From Eledone cirrhosa (taxonomy: Eukaryota), in assembly GCA_964016885.1 (NCBI GenBank), contig OZ024740.1:59954001-60018000 (forward strand): 64,000 bases of DNA, given 5' to 3'. The position numbers were made by a program, and so were the translations under genes. Position 1 is the first letter of the stretch. Every line of letters begins with the position of its first letter. The notes beneath the pieces are model-generated. The model searched no databases, was not told the DNA's origin, and worked only from the letters and a program-made list of their open reading frames with translations. Below, in pieces: positions 40,046 through 53,537 of the stretch.

Positions 40046-40809
40046 TTTTCAAAATGGTGAATTGAATTTTCTATAATGGCCATTGGTCTGTCTGAGATTT
40101 TCTTACAGAGCCTTAATATCTTATTTCCTTCATATCATACCCAGTTTTTAATTTAATATTATTTTTATTTTCCACTGTTTAGTCATGACAACACCAATGA
40201 CTCCACCTCTTTCATTTTCAGAGTGTCTGAAATTGGCGAGAGGAAAAGAGGAAGCTATTGTCAAACAAGAGACTTTGCTGGTATGCTTGCAACATAATTA
40301 ACTCACACTAAACTAAGTCGGTGTGTTTAACCAATCAGATTAAGTGTCACATCCAAGAATGAAGAATGGGAAGAACTAGAAAAATCACCACAAAACATCT
40401 CACTCGATATTATTAAGTTCTCTAATCCACCATCCTGGAGAGGTCATTATTTTATCAATCCTAAAAGGATGAAAGTCTTAAGAATCAATGAATCTATTGG
40501 ATAAAGAAATCATTAATATATTGAATATAACAAAAAAAATGGGGTAGTTATTGCTGGAAATTCTATTGAATGTTGTAGGTCTGTCATATTGAAAATAATA
40601 ATTGTTAGCAGTTAATTGACAGACTAAATTCATTGCTGTAATTAGTTGCCTACATTTAATTTCTCTTATCAAATACCATGGAGGTCTAATTAACTTCAAG
40701 ATATGAAGGAAAGTACCAATGAAAGTACCATTGACATTGGTAAGATTTAAATCAGAGTGTAGAAAATCAGAACAAATGCTGCAAAGCAGAAGATATTGTG
40801 CTGAATTTG

Positions 40810-41460
40810 TCACCAATCTAGACTTTGCTGATGATTTGGCTCTTCCCTCACACTCAGTAGCAAATGCCTAATCACTCCTCCATATGTTGGTATCAGCTGC
40901 TGCTCATGTTGAACTCTACAGCAATGGCTTGAGAACTGAATTTAACTCAATGGAATCTGAGGTAGCATTGTCACAGTAAACAGGAAACCCTTAAGGCAGG
41001 TAGAAGACTTTAAGTACCTTGGTTCTTTCAAAATGAACTCAGAAAAGGATTTCCAAATACATAGAGCCTTGACCTGGAATACATTTCATAAGCTGGATAA
41101 AATTTGGAAATCCAATACACCAAAACTTTAAATCAGTCTGTTTAGAACCTATCTGTTTAGAGCCTATCTTTCTCTATGGTTCTGAGACTTGGACCTTGCA
41201 CTACCCTCCTGAGAAAGGCTCAAAATATTTCTAGGAAGACCCATCCCACACTAATTACACAACTGATTGAACATCATACAAGGTTTGCTGGTCACTGCTT
41301 CTGTGCAAAAGATGAGATGATCTCAGGCTGCTTGTGGACGATCTCTACCAGAAAACTCAGATAACCAGGATACCATAATAAGAGGCACTGGATTTGACAA
41401 GGATGACCTACAAACCTTGATAGGAAACACAGACTGTTGGCCTAATGTTGTGTTTGAGGA
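40810..41460 (+). pseudogene. Decayed RTE-type LINE reverse transcriptase fragment
   Basis: Peptides TNLDFADDLAL (catalytic xADD), QVEDFKYLGS, LYGSETWT and RFAGHC in order, broken by stops and frameshifts. Confidence 0.85.
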
Positions 41461-41634
41461 GGGATCATTGTTGAGCAATGATTAAGGCATCAGTTAGCCT
41501 TAAGCAGACAATGATCACACTCTATCATACTCAAATAATAGTTATTTTGGATAATGTGATCTGAGATAGACAGTGTATGAAAGATCAAAAAGTTGGTGTG
41601 GTGATAGCTGGAATACCTTCTGATAGAGGTTTGC

Positions 41635-41863
41635 TTAACCTTTTAACATTTAAACTGGCCATATCCGGCCAGAATTTTCTCACCTCTTTCTGTTGAAACC
41701 AGCCATAACCAGCTGCTCATACTGAATTTAAGGTATTGTTCTCAAAATAAATAACATCAAAATCTCATAGATATGATATTATGTGTGATAATTATCTAAG
41801 ATAAAGCCTTTACCACAAAAATACAATAGTTTATACAGAGTAATGTAAATGCTAAAGGGTTAA
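41635..41863. mobile_element. piggyBac-like MITE
   Basis: TTAA|CCTTTTAACATTTA ... TAAATGCTAAAGGG|TTAA: 14-bp TIR with two mismatches and TTAA target duplication. Confidence 0.8.
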
Positions 41864-42547
41864 TCATTGAAACACTTATTGCATTCAAGTTAACAGGATG
41901 TTAACCAAGCAGTGAAAATGTTCCATGGTTCAATATCCTTTACACTGTGTCTGAAGAGACATTTCACCCTGCTATCCTTCAGTAAATTTGTACCAAGAAG
42001 AGATATGAATAACTGTTTAACTGCTGTAAGAAGTGTAGGCCTTGTATAACTGGTAAATATCTAGTTAATTTATAGTACTGAATTCAAATACTATCATGGG
42101 TTTTTGTGGAATTATCTCTAGAGTGTCACACCAAGTCAAGATTTTAGTTGTGTTGTGACCCAATTATTTAGGAAACTTTATATTTCATATTCTACTATTT
42201 CAATAACAAGCATAGTGGTACTATTAAAAAACAATTCATTCTCTATATGTACAGAAGGATACAAATTTTCTATTGTCTATGTCTCAAAAATAAACATAGA
42301 CTAACTGAATTTGATATATAGCTCAAATTACATCAGACATTAGATTTAAGTGGTTTAATATGGTTTATTATTCATTCTGCTGTTGCATTGAATTTCTTTC
42401 GTAATACCTTCTTTTGTTTTCTATTGTTTCACCTCTGCATATCAGTGTCACTGATTAAACAGGAAGGTTTCATTCATAATAGTACATTCTTTGCAGTGTT
42501 TTACAAAAGCCACTAGGCCCATGTAAAATTGGTAATAGGCCCTCAAA

Positions 42548-42991
42548 GCTGGCAATAAGTTCAAGTAATATGTAAAAATGTAGTCTGTCTGCTCAAAATT
42601 GGCAATGAGCTCAGGCCAGATGTAAAAATGTAGCCCTCTCCTCCAAAGTTGGTGATAAGCCCAGGGCAGATGTAAAAATATAGTCCCCACCCCCACCAAA
42701 AAAAATTGTAATGGGCTCAGGCCAAATGTAAAATGTAGTCCCCCCCCCACCTCCTAGCAGGTAATAGGCCCATACCAGATGCAAAAATGTAAACCCACTC
42801 CAGCCTAAAGTTGGTAATAAGTACATACCAAATGTAAAGATATAGGCTTCCAAACATGGTAATAGGTTCAGGTCAGATGTAAAAATAAAAGCCACCTTCC
42901 CCTCTAAAAAGTTGGAGATAAGCGAAAGTCAGATGTAAACATGTAGACCCTGAAGTTGGCAATAGGCCTAGGTCAGATGTAAAAATGTAGA
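42548..42991. repeat. Degenerate minisatellite, 9 units of ~36-bp core with variable C-rich linkers
   Basis: Core about GTTGGTAATAGGCTCAGGCCAGATGTAAAAATGTAG recurring every ~45-56 bp. Confidence 0.8.
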
Positions 42992-44957
42992 ACTTATTTA
43001 AAGTTATTTATTAAGTATTTACAAAATCAGAAAACAGCACAACTCCCATGACTTTTAGAAACATTTTTTCATGCTCAGAGTTACTGAAGCATAGAACAAA
43101 TTACCTGCATCAGTTGTTAGTTGTTGGGACACTTCATCCTTCAAAACAGCCATGCTTCCAGAAATTCACCAACACTACACCTGATATTCGCTCTCCACAC
43201 ATGTGCCTATGTGTATATCATGACTCATACACTGTTCACTTTCCTGACATTTGTACATTATTCTATATACTATGCATCCACCTTTGGTGATTTGTAGTGC
43301 ACCTGAGCACCGTACACAATAATTTTCATTATTATTATTTTATTATAATTTGTGCTCAGTAGATATAATTTATGTATAGGTTTCAGCTATGTACAAGTAG
43401 TGTATATGATGTATTTAGAAGTAAAAGTAAATAAATAAAGTAGAACTCAAGGCAAATAGCACCCTCCACCCAACCCTCATCACCACCTCTCTGACAAAAC
43501 CGTAGGTCCATATGAATTGGCCCCCAGCTTCCATCTGATCTGGATTGGCCTGAATGCCACCCATTCACAACCATTCACTAACGATAAACAACAGGATGAA
43601 ATGATTTACACTAATTTGTCTCAACTGTCTACATTACAGCTCAAATTCAATTGGAGTCAACTTTCTTTGTTTGGCAATTGAACAATTAGTCATGTCTACT
43701 TAAATGACATCCATTATACTTCTACTTCATATCTCAATCTAAATTATCTCAGTCTACCTCTGCACTTCTAATTCTTATCAAATTTGAGGCAATCAGTGTT
43801 AACATACACAGTGAGCAATACATTTTAGTTAAGAATACATACACATATGTGGAGGAGAAAGAATCATTAGTTTCAGATCAATTCTGCTCATGAAAGACAA
43901 CGTGGAAATTTAAATTAATTAAATTTTATGAAAAAACTACACTGTGAGCAATGCATAGAGGAGTAAGTGAAATCTTGGCATTTTCCAATCTTTTTATACT
44001 TCGCATATATACAAACATACCCTAATAAGACTTTAGTTAAGTTCTAGGTTTGAACCCACTAAGTAAGTGTCTTCTGCTGCAGTTCTTCGTTGACTAATAT
44101 TTTGTAAGTGGAAGTGCAAAAGCCCATTGTGCGTATGTATACAGATACACAGACATATACCTATGATGAACTTTAGCACAGTTTCCATCTACTAAATTCA
44201 ACTGACAAATTATTAACCTAGAAGCTTCTGTTGAAAACACTTGTTCAGGGTGCTACACAAGGGGTTTGAACGTGAATCTGTATCGTTGTGTAGTGAACTT
44301 CTTGGCAGCACAGAGATGTCTGCACCCAAATTATCCAATTCAATCAAATCGAGGGCCTTCTCACTCCTGTTGAAGGAACCCCTCCCTGGTTGACCGTCAC
44401 CACTTTTGGTTTTGGTCATGTTTTCAGAGGTGCAGCCATACTCCCATGCTTAGCCAATTGTGGGTTGGTGAGGCTATTTAACCCACAATTGGTTGACTCT
44501 GAGGTGTTCATCTGCCCTTTTAACAACTCATTGTTTGTGTGCAGTTGGGGTTCCACTTACCCTCCTAACCAGACAGATCCTTATGGGGGAACCAGTTTAG
44601 TCACTGACCACTCGACCATGAAGTAGGTACATGCTACAAGTAGCAGGCAAAAACCTGACCATAACTACTAGTCCTCTATAAACTACAGCTCAAAATTCTT
44701 CATACAACCACAAAAAGGTTTACTGGCCACCAGCACACTGCTGGTACCTTTTGTTAGTAGGATGGGTGACACTATTGACTGCAGCGATATTTGAACTCAA
44801 GTAACGGGAATCTCCTTCTCCTCCCCACTTTTTCTCCTACTCCCCCACTTTAAATGGTTTTTCCAGGTAGACTTGTACATATGTCTAACACCCACCCACA
44901 CACGTGTGCTAGAAATATGCTCATATCATATTCGATTTTAATGCTACCTTTATTTCA

Positions 44958-45248
44958 GTGAAGGCGCGTGGCCTAGTGGTTATGGTGTTGGACTTTCGAT
45001 ATTAATGCCCTAGGTTCGATTTCTGGACCGGGTTTTGTGTTATGTTGTTGAACAAAACAATATATTTCACGTTAGTCCAGTATACTCAACTGAAAATAAG
45101 TACCAGCAGTAGCTTGAGGGTTAACCATGCGATGGACTGGCGTCCTGTACAGGGAGACGTTCTTTTACGCTCAGTCGCTTAACGCCAAGTAAACCAGGAT
45201 AAGCGCCGGCCTAATTATCCCCCGGGCTTGAGACAGACATTGTTCATT
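44958..45248 (+). mobile_element. Full-length tRNA-derived SINE (CORE-like middle, V-domain-like 3' part)
   Basis: A box GTGGCCTAGTGG, B box GGTTCGATTTC, then TGTTGAACAAAACAATATATTTCAC and GCGATGGACTGGCGTCCTGTACAGGG; flanked by CTTTATTTC direct repeat (44,948-44,956 and 45,249-45,257). Confidence 0.8.
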
Positions 45249-45392
45249 CTTTATTTCTCTTGACAATACATATTTATAAAGAAGAGTCATAGTTTATTCA
45301 GACCTACCAGCCTCTAAAAACCTAAACGGGGAGGACTATGAAAATAGTGCCTCAAAACGGGGAGAAGTGAGGCAACATGGGGAGATTTTACA

Positions 45393-45582
45393 TAATTGTT
45401 TCTACTTTTGGCACAAGGCCAGCTATTACCCCTAGTGTATTACTGGTACTTTATTTTATCGACCCCCGTAAGGATTAAAGGCAAAGTTAACCTCGGTGGG
45501 ATTTGAACTCAGAATGGCAATGGCCGTAACTTAATGCGTCAAAGCATGGCGTCCGACCCTCTACCGATACTGCCTATCCACC
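45393..45582 (-). mobile_element. Nin/Deu-type SINE, minus strand
   Basis: Reverse complement of the 38,947 copy (..TACTGGTACTTTATTTTATCGACCCC..GGGATTTGAACTCAGAA..CTCTACCGATACTGCCTATCCACC). Confidence 0.85.
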
Positions 45583-47167
45583 AATGAATGCTATACCCAT
45601 TTTCACAAGAGAAGACATCTCTCAGCCACCCCAAAGTAGGTGGGAGATTTCTCTGTCGGGCGGGGAGAGTTGACAGTTGATAGTTTATAACTGGAATGTG
45701 AACAACGATATGTAAAGTTAAATGCAGCAGCTCGGCATGCTACTAACGCGTCCATCTGTATTGCCTTTCATATATCATCTTATCCTTATTTCGTGACTAG
45801 TGAAACGTTATTTCTATAGAGAATGTAAGGGAGATAACTGTGAACTGATCAAATGTTTTATGAACTTAGGAACGAGTTTTGTAGCTTAACTCTTCGTTTC
45901 CAAATGTTTCTATCTCACGTGCATTGCTAAATAACTCTAAATAGCTAAAATTATCATGTTTACTTCCACGAACGGAATGTGCACCTAATTAACAGGTCTA
46001 ACTTGTAAAAATTCGAAAGAAAGAATGCAAGACAGAGAGAAAGTGGAAAAGAAATAAAGAAAGAAAATAAAAATAAAATCTTTGCTGCTAATGTTATGGA
46101 GTTAACTCTCTTGACTATAGTAGTTTTGAAACAGACAAATTACTTTGACTGCAAAGCAGCTTGGCGACAGAGAGATGAGTGCTCACGCGAAGTAGATGCC
46201 AGGTTTCCTATTAAAGTTGAAAGACTTGAATCATTAACCCTGATTTACTGATATTTTCAGATCAAATTCAATACAACTTCAAGTTGAAACTAATTGAAAG
46301 GACATTGACTAAATTATATAATATCCTTTTCATTTCACTTCGTGTTTTAGTCTTTTATTTCTCTTATATAAAGACTCGTCTCATTTACAATGTATTTCTT
46401 CTCTTTTGAAAGTAGTAACAACGTAATAACTTGTTTTTATCTCACAAAGTAAAACTAGTTCATGTAAGCACGAGAGGAAATTAATAGAATCCAATCGATA
46501 TTAGTAGTAATTTCTTATTATTTTAACTACCAATCAATTTAAAGCCCCAAACCGTTTATAGTTACTCATATAGGCGCACTTAGTACTGTTAAGTTACTGA
46601 AAGTGATGTGGTTGATCCTGGTGATATTTGAGTTATTAAAAGTTTCTAACAACCAGTCTACAAGAATGGAAAAAGTAAAATAAATTAAGGCATTCCATTG
46701 TCTTAAAATTGTGTATATATAAAAAATATACACACACACACACACACATACGCACAGACACTCCGACCTACAACCCCCCCCCCCCCCACACACACACACC
46801 TCTTCCTGAACATGCAACCCCGTTCTTCCCCCAACCCTTACTTTCACATACACACACACACACACACACGCACACCTACACACACACACCACCTTCAGCC
46901 CTCCCTGCTCGGACACCCGTCTCCCTCTCCCCACTCCACCCGCCACCACCCCTACACACCCCACACCCTTCCACCACCTGTTTTACCCCCCTTTTAATTT
47001 CAGTTTATTTTGATCATGCTTTTATATTTAAATTTATTTCATTCCTTGTATTTTGATCATGCTTTATTTTTATTTTTATTTTTAATTTCATTCGCACCGT
47101 TTCCTTTCGCTATATGTCTCTCCACCACTCCCCTACACACCCTTTGAACTCTGTTCCCACACACTTC

Positions 47168-47203
47168 TCACCTGAGGAAGGGCTTATGCCCGAAACGTCG
47201 TTC
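47168..47203 (+). ncRNA. Minimal hammerhead ribozyme motif (Penelope-type)
   Basis: CTGAGGA-A-GGGC-TTAT-GCCC-GAAAC-GTC: intact core and stem II; stem I not evident; lies in a pyrimidine-rich tail that ends at the (TA)n tract. Confidence 0.65.
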
Positions 47204-47291
47204 CCCACCAACACCCCACTCTCCAGAGCGTGAAATTAATAAACATTCGTTGTACTGCCTCTCTGTTTTGTTCCTGTTCAAATTTTTCCAT

Positions 47292-48508
<1,217 letters not shown>

Positions 48509-49047
48509 GGTGGCTGCCAACTCGTTTTCGAGTACGGCAACTACTTTATATCCATGTAGGAGAATGCGCTGAACGAGTGTGACTTTTTAGTCTAGCCAGC
48601 GACTTGAAAACTCTAGTACAAACACTACACCTGTGACAATTATTGACACATAGTGCTGGGCCCATGATACCATGTGACGACAAGTGCAGAGAGATCTCCA
48701 GATATAAAGCAATGCCTGTGCCGTGAAGCTTTTATAGTGAGCAAAGGCACTGCACAAAGCCAGTCCCACTCTCTTAACCAAGATGATATTTACCAAAAAG
48801 AAGAACAAGTCAACATCATTGGATACCATCAGAGTTGCAGGTGTTATATCAGAGTTTTCCTTCTCCTAGAATTCTGCCTTGACAAAGGCTAAGGGGTCTT
48901 CTCTCCCGGTGATTTTGGATGGCCATTGACTCTTAAGAGCTCCTTTGCCCTTTGACAGGTTTTGTTTTTAGTCCTGCAGGATGTCCAAAGTCACCCTCCT
49001 CACCAAGAAACCTTGGTGGGGTTGCCAGTTTAGTCGCCAACGACCCG
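48509..49047. mobile_element. Unclassified microsatellite-embedded element, copy 1 (longest)
   Basis: Begins GGTGGCTGCCAACTCGTTTTCGAGTACGGC directly after (TA)n; near-identical to copies 2 and 3. Confidence 0.8.
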
Positions 49048-49110
49048 TATATATGTACACATACACATACACATATACATACATATATATATACACATAT
49101 ACATACATAT

Positions 49111-49383
49111 GGTGGCTGCCAACTCGTTTTCGAGTACGGCCACTACTTTATATCCATGTAGGAGAACTCCTACCAATGCGCTGAACGAGTGACATTTTAG
49201 TCCAGCCAGCAACTTGAAAACTCTGGTACAAACACTACACTTGTGACAATTATTGACACATAGTGCTGGGCCCATGGTACCATGTGACGACAAGTGCAGA
49301 GAGATCTCCAGATATAAAGCAATGCCTGTGCCGTGAAGCTTTTATAGTGAGCAAAGGCACTGCACAAAGCCAGTCCCACTCTC
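49111..49383. mobile_element. Same element, copy 2
   Basis: Same left end; truncated at ..CCAGTCCCACTCTC; flanked by (TA)/(TACA) repeats. Confidence 0.8.
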
Positions 49384-49581
49384 ATACATATATATATATA
49401 TATACACACACACATATATACATACATATATACATACATACACATACATATATACATATATACATACATACACACATACATATATATATATACATACATA
49501 TATATATATATATACATATATACATACATATACATACACATATACATATATACATACATATATATATACATACATACATAT

Positions 49582-49993
49582 GGTGGCTGCCAACTCGTTT
49601 TCGAGTATGGCCACTACTTTATATCCATGTAGGAGAACCTCTACCGATGCGCTGAACGAGTGTGACTTTTTAGTCCAGCCAGCAACTTGAAAACTCTGGT
49701 ACAAACACTACACCTGTGACAATTATTGACGCATAATGCTGGGCCCATGGTACCATGTGAAGACAAGTGCAGAGAGATCTCCAGATATAAAGCAATTCCT
49801 GTGCCGTGAAGCTTTTATAGTGAGCAAAGGCACTGCACAAAGCCAGTCCCACTCTCTTAACCAAGATGATATTTACCAAAAAGAAGAACAAGTCAACATC
49901 ATTGGATACCATCAGGGTTGCAGGTGTTATATCAGAGTTTTCCTTCTCCTAGAATTCTGCCTTGACAAAGGCTAAGGGGTCATCTCTCCCGGT

Positions 49994-49995
<2 letters not shown>
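49582..49995. mobile_element. Same element, copy 3
   Basis: Same left end; truncated at ..CTCTCCCGGTGA; followed by (TA)n. Confidence 0.8.
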
Positions 49996-50030
<35 letters not shown>

Positions 50031-50032
<2 letters not shown>

Positions 50033-50839
50033 CGTTTCTGAATTTGTTTAGCAAGATTCTTTATCTGAAAATGTGTGTTGAAACCGATATTGTTATACTC
50101 TGGGAGGGTCATGTTGCCAATAAGAAACACACGCACCAAATGTTTCACTTCAATTTATTATAATAAATTTATAAATTTAGGAATTTATAAATTTCTGGTT
50201 GATTGGTTGGTTCCACAACCAGATGGTTGTTTATATATTGTCAAAGTTCTTTCGTCACACATTCTGTGACCTCTTCAGTGACTGGGGGTTCTTTTCTTTG
50301 TTTGTTGTGCCTCTCCTTTGTTCTGTCCTACGCCATCTTGTTTTTCTGTGTGTGTTGTGTGCTTAGTTTGCGCATGTGTTACATCCGGGTGTCTGTGTGT
50401 GTTTATATTCGTTTATTTATTTGTTTATTTACATGTTACTGGTTGGTTGTTTGTTCTATGTGCGTGTGTGTTTTCATTTTGTCCTTAATTGTAAGTTGTG
50501 ATGTTGCTATTCCACTCATGTTTTCTATTTAATTTTGGTTGTAATTCATTTATGTTTATTGCCTCTGTGATTTGTCTAAACATTGCGTCTTTTCTGTGTG
50601 TAGATTCTATTTTTATTTCTATGTTCTCTAATTTACCCTTATGTTCTATTTTAGCATGTTGGTAGAGTACAGATGATTCTTTGCTACCTTGAAGGTCTCG
50701 CCAGTGTTCATTTATCCGTTCCCCTATACTACGAGCTGTCTCACCTATGTACACTATATTTTTATCTCTACATTGTCCTTCAGTACATTTTATGCATAAG
50801 ATGTATTGAAGGACAATGTAGAGATAAAAATATAGTGTA
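50031..50839 (-). mobile_element. 5'-truncated Penelope-like retroelement (GIY-YIG endonuclease C-terminus plus 3' region)
   Basis: ORF 50485..50880(-): CIKCTEGQCRDKNIVYIGETARSIGERINEH..SVLYQHAKIEH..RQITEAININELQPKLNRK, a typical PLE GIY-YIG; hammerhead downstream; bounded by (TA)n. Confidence 0.9.
50240..50282 (-). ncRNA. Type I minimal hammerhead ribozyme in PLE 3' region
   Basis: Minus strand GTCA-CTGAAGA-G-GTCAC-AGAATGT-GTGAC-GAAA-GAACTT-TGAC: stem I GTCA/TGAC, stem II GTCAC/GTGAC, intact CUGANGA and GAAA core, minimal stem III. Confidence 0.8.
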
Positions 50840-50904
50840 TTTATATATATGTATACATAACATGTTTTCAACTTGTACAAAAATCCCTAGGGATCTAATT
50901 GACA

Positions 50905-50952
<48 letters not shown>

Positions 50953-51197
50953 TTGTGTGTGTGTGTCTATATATGTATGTTTGCTTGCATGAATGAATAC
51001 ACTAAGCTTTAGATCTAGTAGAATGTACAATCACTGATTCCAGTTATTTGCACTATCATATATTTTGGTTTCTATTAATTCGCTGGGAATTGGTTGACCA
51101 AATGCTTTGCTTAATTGTTTTATTTATTTTTTTATTTATTTATTCTTACTCTTAGACTTCAGATATTTTTTGAAAGCTAAGCGTTGGCCCCTAAAAT

Positions 51198-51348
51198 ACT
51201 ACAGTGGGCATTGTAATGGTACGGTGGGCCCTGCAATACTACAGTGGGTCCTGCAATGCTACTGTGGGTCATGCGATGCTACCGTGGGCCCCCTAGTGGC
51301 CACTTGCCATTGGGCAACCTGGCAACTTGGCCAGTCCGCCACTGTAGT
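51198..51348. mobile_element. Small TIR element with internal 20-bp tandem repeats
   Basis: 10-bp inverted ends ACTACAGTGG / CCACTGTAGT; about 5x CTACAGTGGGCCCTGCAATA-like units inside. Confidence 0.5.
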
Positions 51349-51719
51349 TATATAAAAATGAGAAAACTCATCACCAACCGAGCCGTTAAAACAGCCAAAT
51401 ATATATATACAGTATATATATATATATGTATATACAGTATATATACACACAGACAAAAGGCAGACAGACAGGCACATGCACACGTCTTCAATTATGTTTC
51501 ATTGGTACACTATATAGAAGTTGTGAAAAACAAGTAACAACATAGTTCTTGGAAAGGTTTCTAATTCTTTATAAAGCACGAAGAAAGCTAAACCAGGCCA
51601 ATATTTGTCTCAACCCAAAACATTCTATAATAGTTTATTTAAATACAATGGTATAATGGAATAGAAGTCGTATTCCGGTTAAATGACATTAGAAAACCAA
51701 ACATGGTTCATAAAACATT

Positions 51720-51995
51720 CCTCACGGCACCATTGCTATAATATTCTCTAAAATACTCTTAGTGTATACTTCAAATATACACAACCTGGTAATATTGTTT
51801 CATTAACTATAAAAGTGTCTTGTGTTTTAATGAGAAACATTTTACCTAGATTTGCAATTTGTTTCATAAACTATAAAAGTGTCTCGTTGGAGGAAGATAC
51901 TTTTCATAGTTTATGTGGAATTACTTTTTAAATGGATGGGTGTATTTTCTTTTTTCACTGATATCAATTTTTAGTAGCGTCTGATGATTATTGTT
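51720..51995 (+). repeat. Dispersed repeat, second copy at ~54,970-55,250
   Basis: Shared CTAAAATACTCT(T/C)AGTGTATACTTCAAATATA..TGTTTCATTAACTATAAAAGTGTCTTGTGTTTTAATGAGAAAC..TAGCGTCTGAT. Confidence 0.8.
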
Positions 51996-52017
51996 CATTT
52001 TATAGTTTGACCAAAGC

Positions 52018-52160
52018 AGCGGATTGGAAGAATTGTTAGAACGTTGAACAAATGATTTGCAGAATTCGTACCCTGCTCCCCGAGTTCAAATCCCGTCGTC
52101 TTTAACTTTGCCTTTTATTCTTTAAAGTCGATAAAGAAGTACCAATCTAGTACTGTACTC
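52018..52160 (+). mobile_element. Degenerate Nin/Deu-type SINE
   Basis: GCGGATTGGAAGAAT..GAGTTCAAATCCCGTCGTCTTTAACTTTGCCTTT..GTCGATAAAGAAGTACCA. Confidence 0.6.
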
Positions 52161-52730
52161 CATCCTTCCTCTACATCTCTTTCTCGTTTCCTTTCTCTCA
52201 CTCTTTGGAAGAAATCGACTGTGTTCAATTCTAGAGAGAGGGTGGTTTCAGCCAGGTATGTCACTAAGGCGCCCCTACGACTCCATCGGGAATTACTGGT
52301 CCATACATAGTTTGATAACCCACCAGTAAACCCTCTTGCTAATTTTTGTTTCCTTTCCTATTGGTTCAACAGACTATCATAACGACAACAAAATTAATTT
52401 CCCTCTAGTATCTTTCAAATTTCTTTTAATTTTAGTTGTAAAAACACTTAATTTTATCTCGACGTTTTACAGAGAGAACTCTCTTCCCTTGATATATGCT
52501 GCCATGTAAGTAATATTGCATACAGGCATAATTGTGTAATCTAGATTTTCATGTCCTGACTAGGTGTAATCCTAACCACGCTGCACTTTGGGTAAGTGTG
52601 TAGCAGAGACTGGAGTTGAGCAATACCTCGCGAGGAGAATTTGATTGAGGGACATTGTACGAAGTCCATCCTGTGATCGTAAAATAATGGATTAAGTACT
52701 AAACCTTGTCTTATTTGTTTTCATTGTTCA

Positions 52731-52808
<78 letters not shown>

Positions 52809-52859
52809 AACACAGACACAGACACAGACACACACACACACACACATATATATATAAGT

Positions 52860-53336
52860 GCCCGTAACCTCCACGACCTCCTGGGGTGCAGTTCCTTCTC
52901 GTCCTCTCCTACGACTCCACTCGGCTCTCGTCCTTGTTCTCGTCCCCGCTGTAATACTTGTCCTTTTATTTCCACCCTCACCACTCTCACAGGCCCCAAC
53001 GGTTCATTCCGTATCCGCCACCCCTTTACCTGCACCTCCACCCATGTTGTCTATGCCTTCCGGTGTTCCCTTTGCGGGTCCTTATACATCGGACAAATAG
53101 GACGCCGTTTGGCAGACCATTTTGCTGAACATTTGAGGGGCATACGACTCGGTATGGATACTCCCGTTGCCCGTCATTTCCGTTCCCCAGGTCACCCTTC
53201 CCTACATCTCTCAGTCCTGGGTGTCCTTTTACATCACAGATCACAGGCCTCTCGCACCAGGACTGAACAGAGTCTGATTTACCGCCTTGGGTCCTGTTTC
53301 CCTCACGGACTCAACTCCCATCCCCAACTTCTTTAA
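52860..53336 (+). pseudogene. PLE linker Cys motif plus GIY-YIG endonuclease (uninterrupted frame, no start)
   Basis: Extending ORF 53109..53336 upstream gives ARNLHDLL..PCSRPRCNTCPF..FTCTSTHVVYAFRCSLCGSLYIGQIGRRLADHFAEHLRGIR..PVARHF..RTEQSLIYRLGSCFPHGLN. Confidence 0.9.
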
Positions 53337-53473
53337 AACCCCGTCCGTTATCACACACGCGCCTGTACATTCCCCCTAGATTCCTATGGCTCTCTTATGG
53401 TCAGAAACATATACTCTTACAACTAATACAGACCAACAAAATACGCACACTCTACTTTTACCTTCACAGCTCT

Positions 53474-53537
<64 letters not shown>

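Noticed and set aside
42548-42991. CRISPR-like repeat-spacer array
   Set aside because: Cores are too divergent and linkers are short, low-complexity C-runs; no cas genes.
44958-45030. tRNA gene
   Set aside because: A and B boxes are present but no cloverleaf or poly-T terminator; continues into a SINE body with TSD.
48565-48615. Hammerhead in the triplicated element (CTGAACGAG..GAAAAC)
   Set aside because: Core spacing is CUGAACGA rather than CUGANGA and stems I/III could not be formed.
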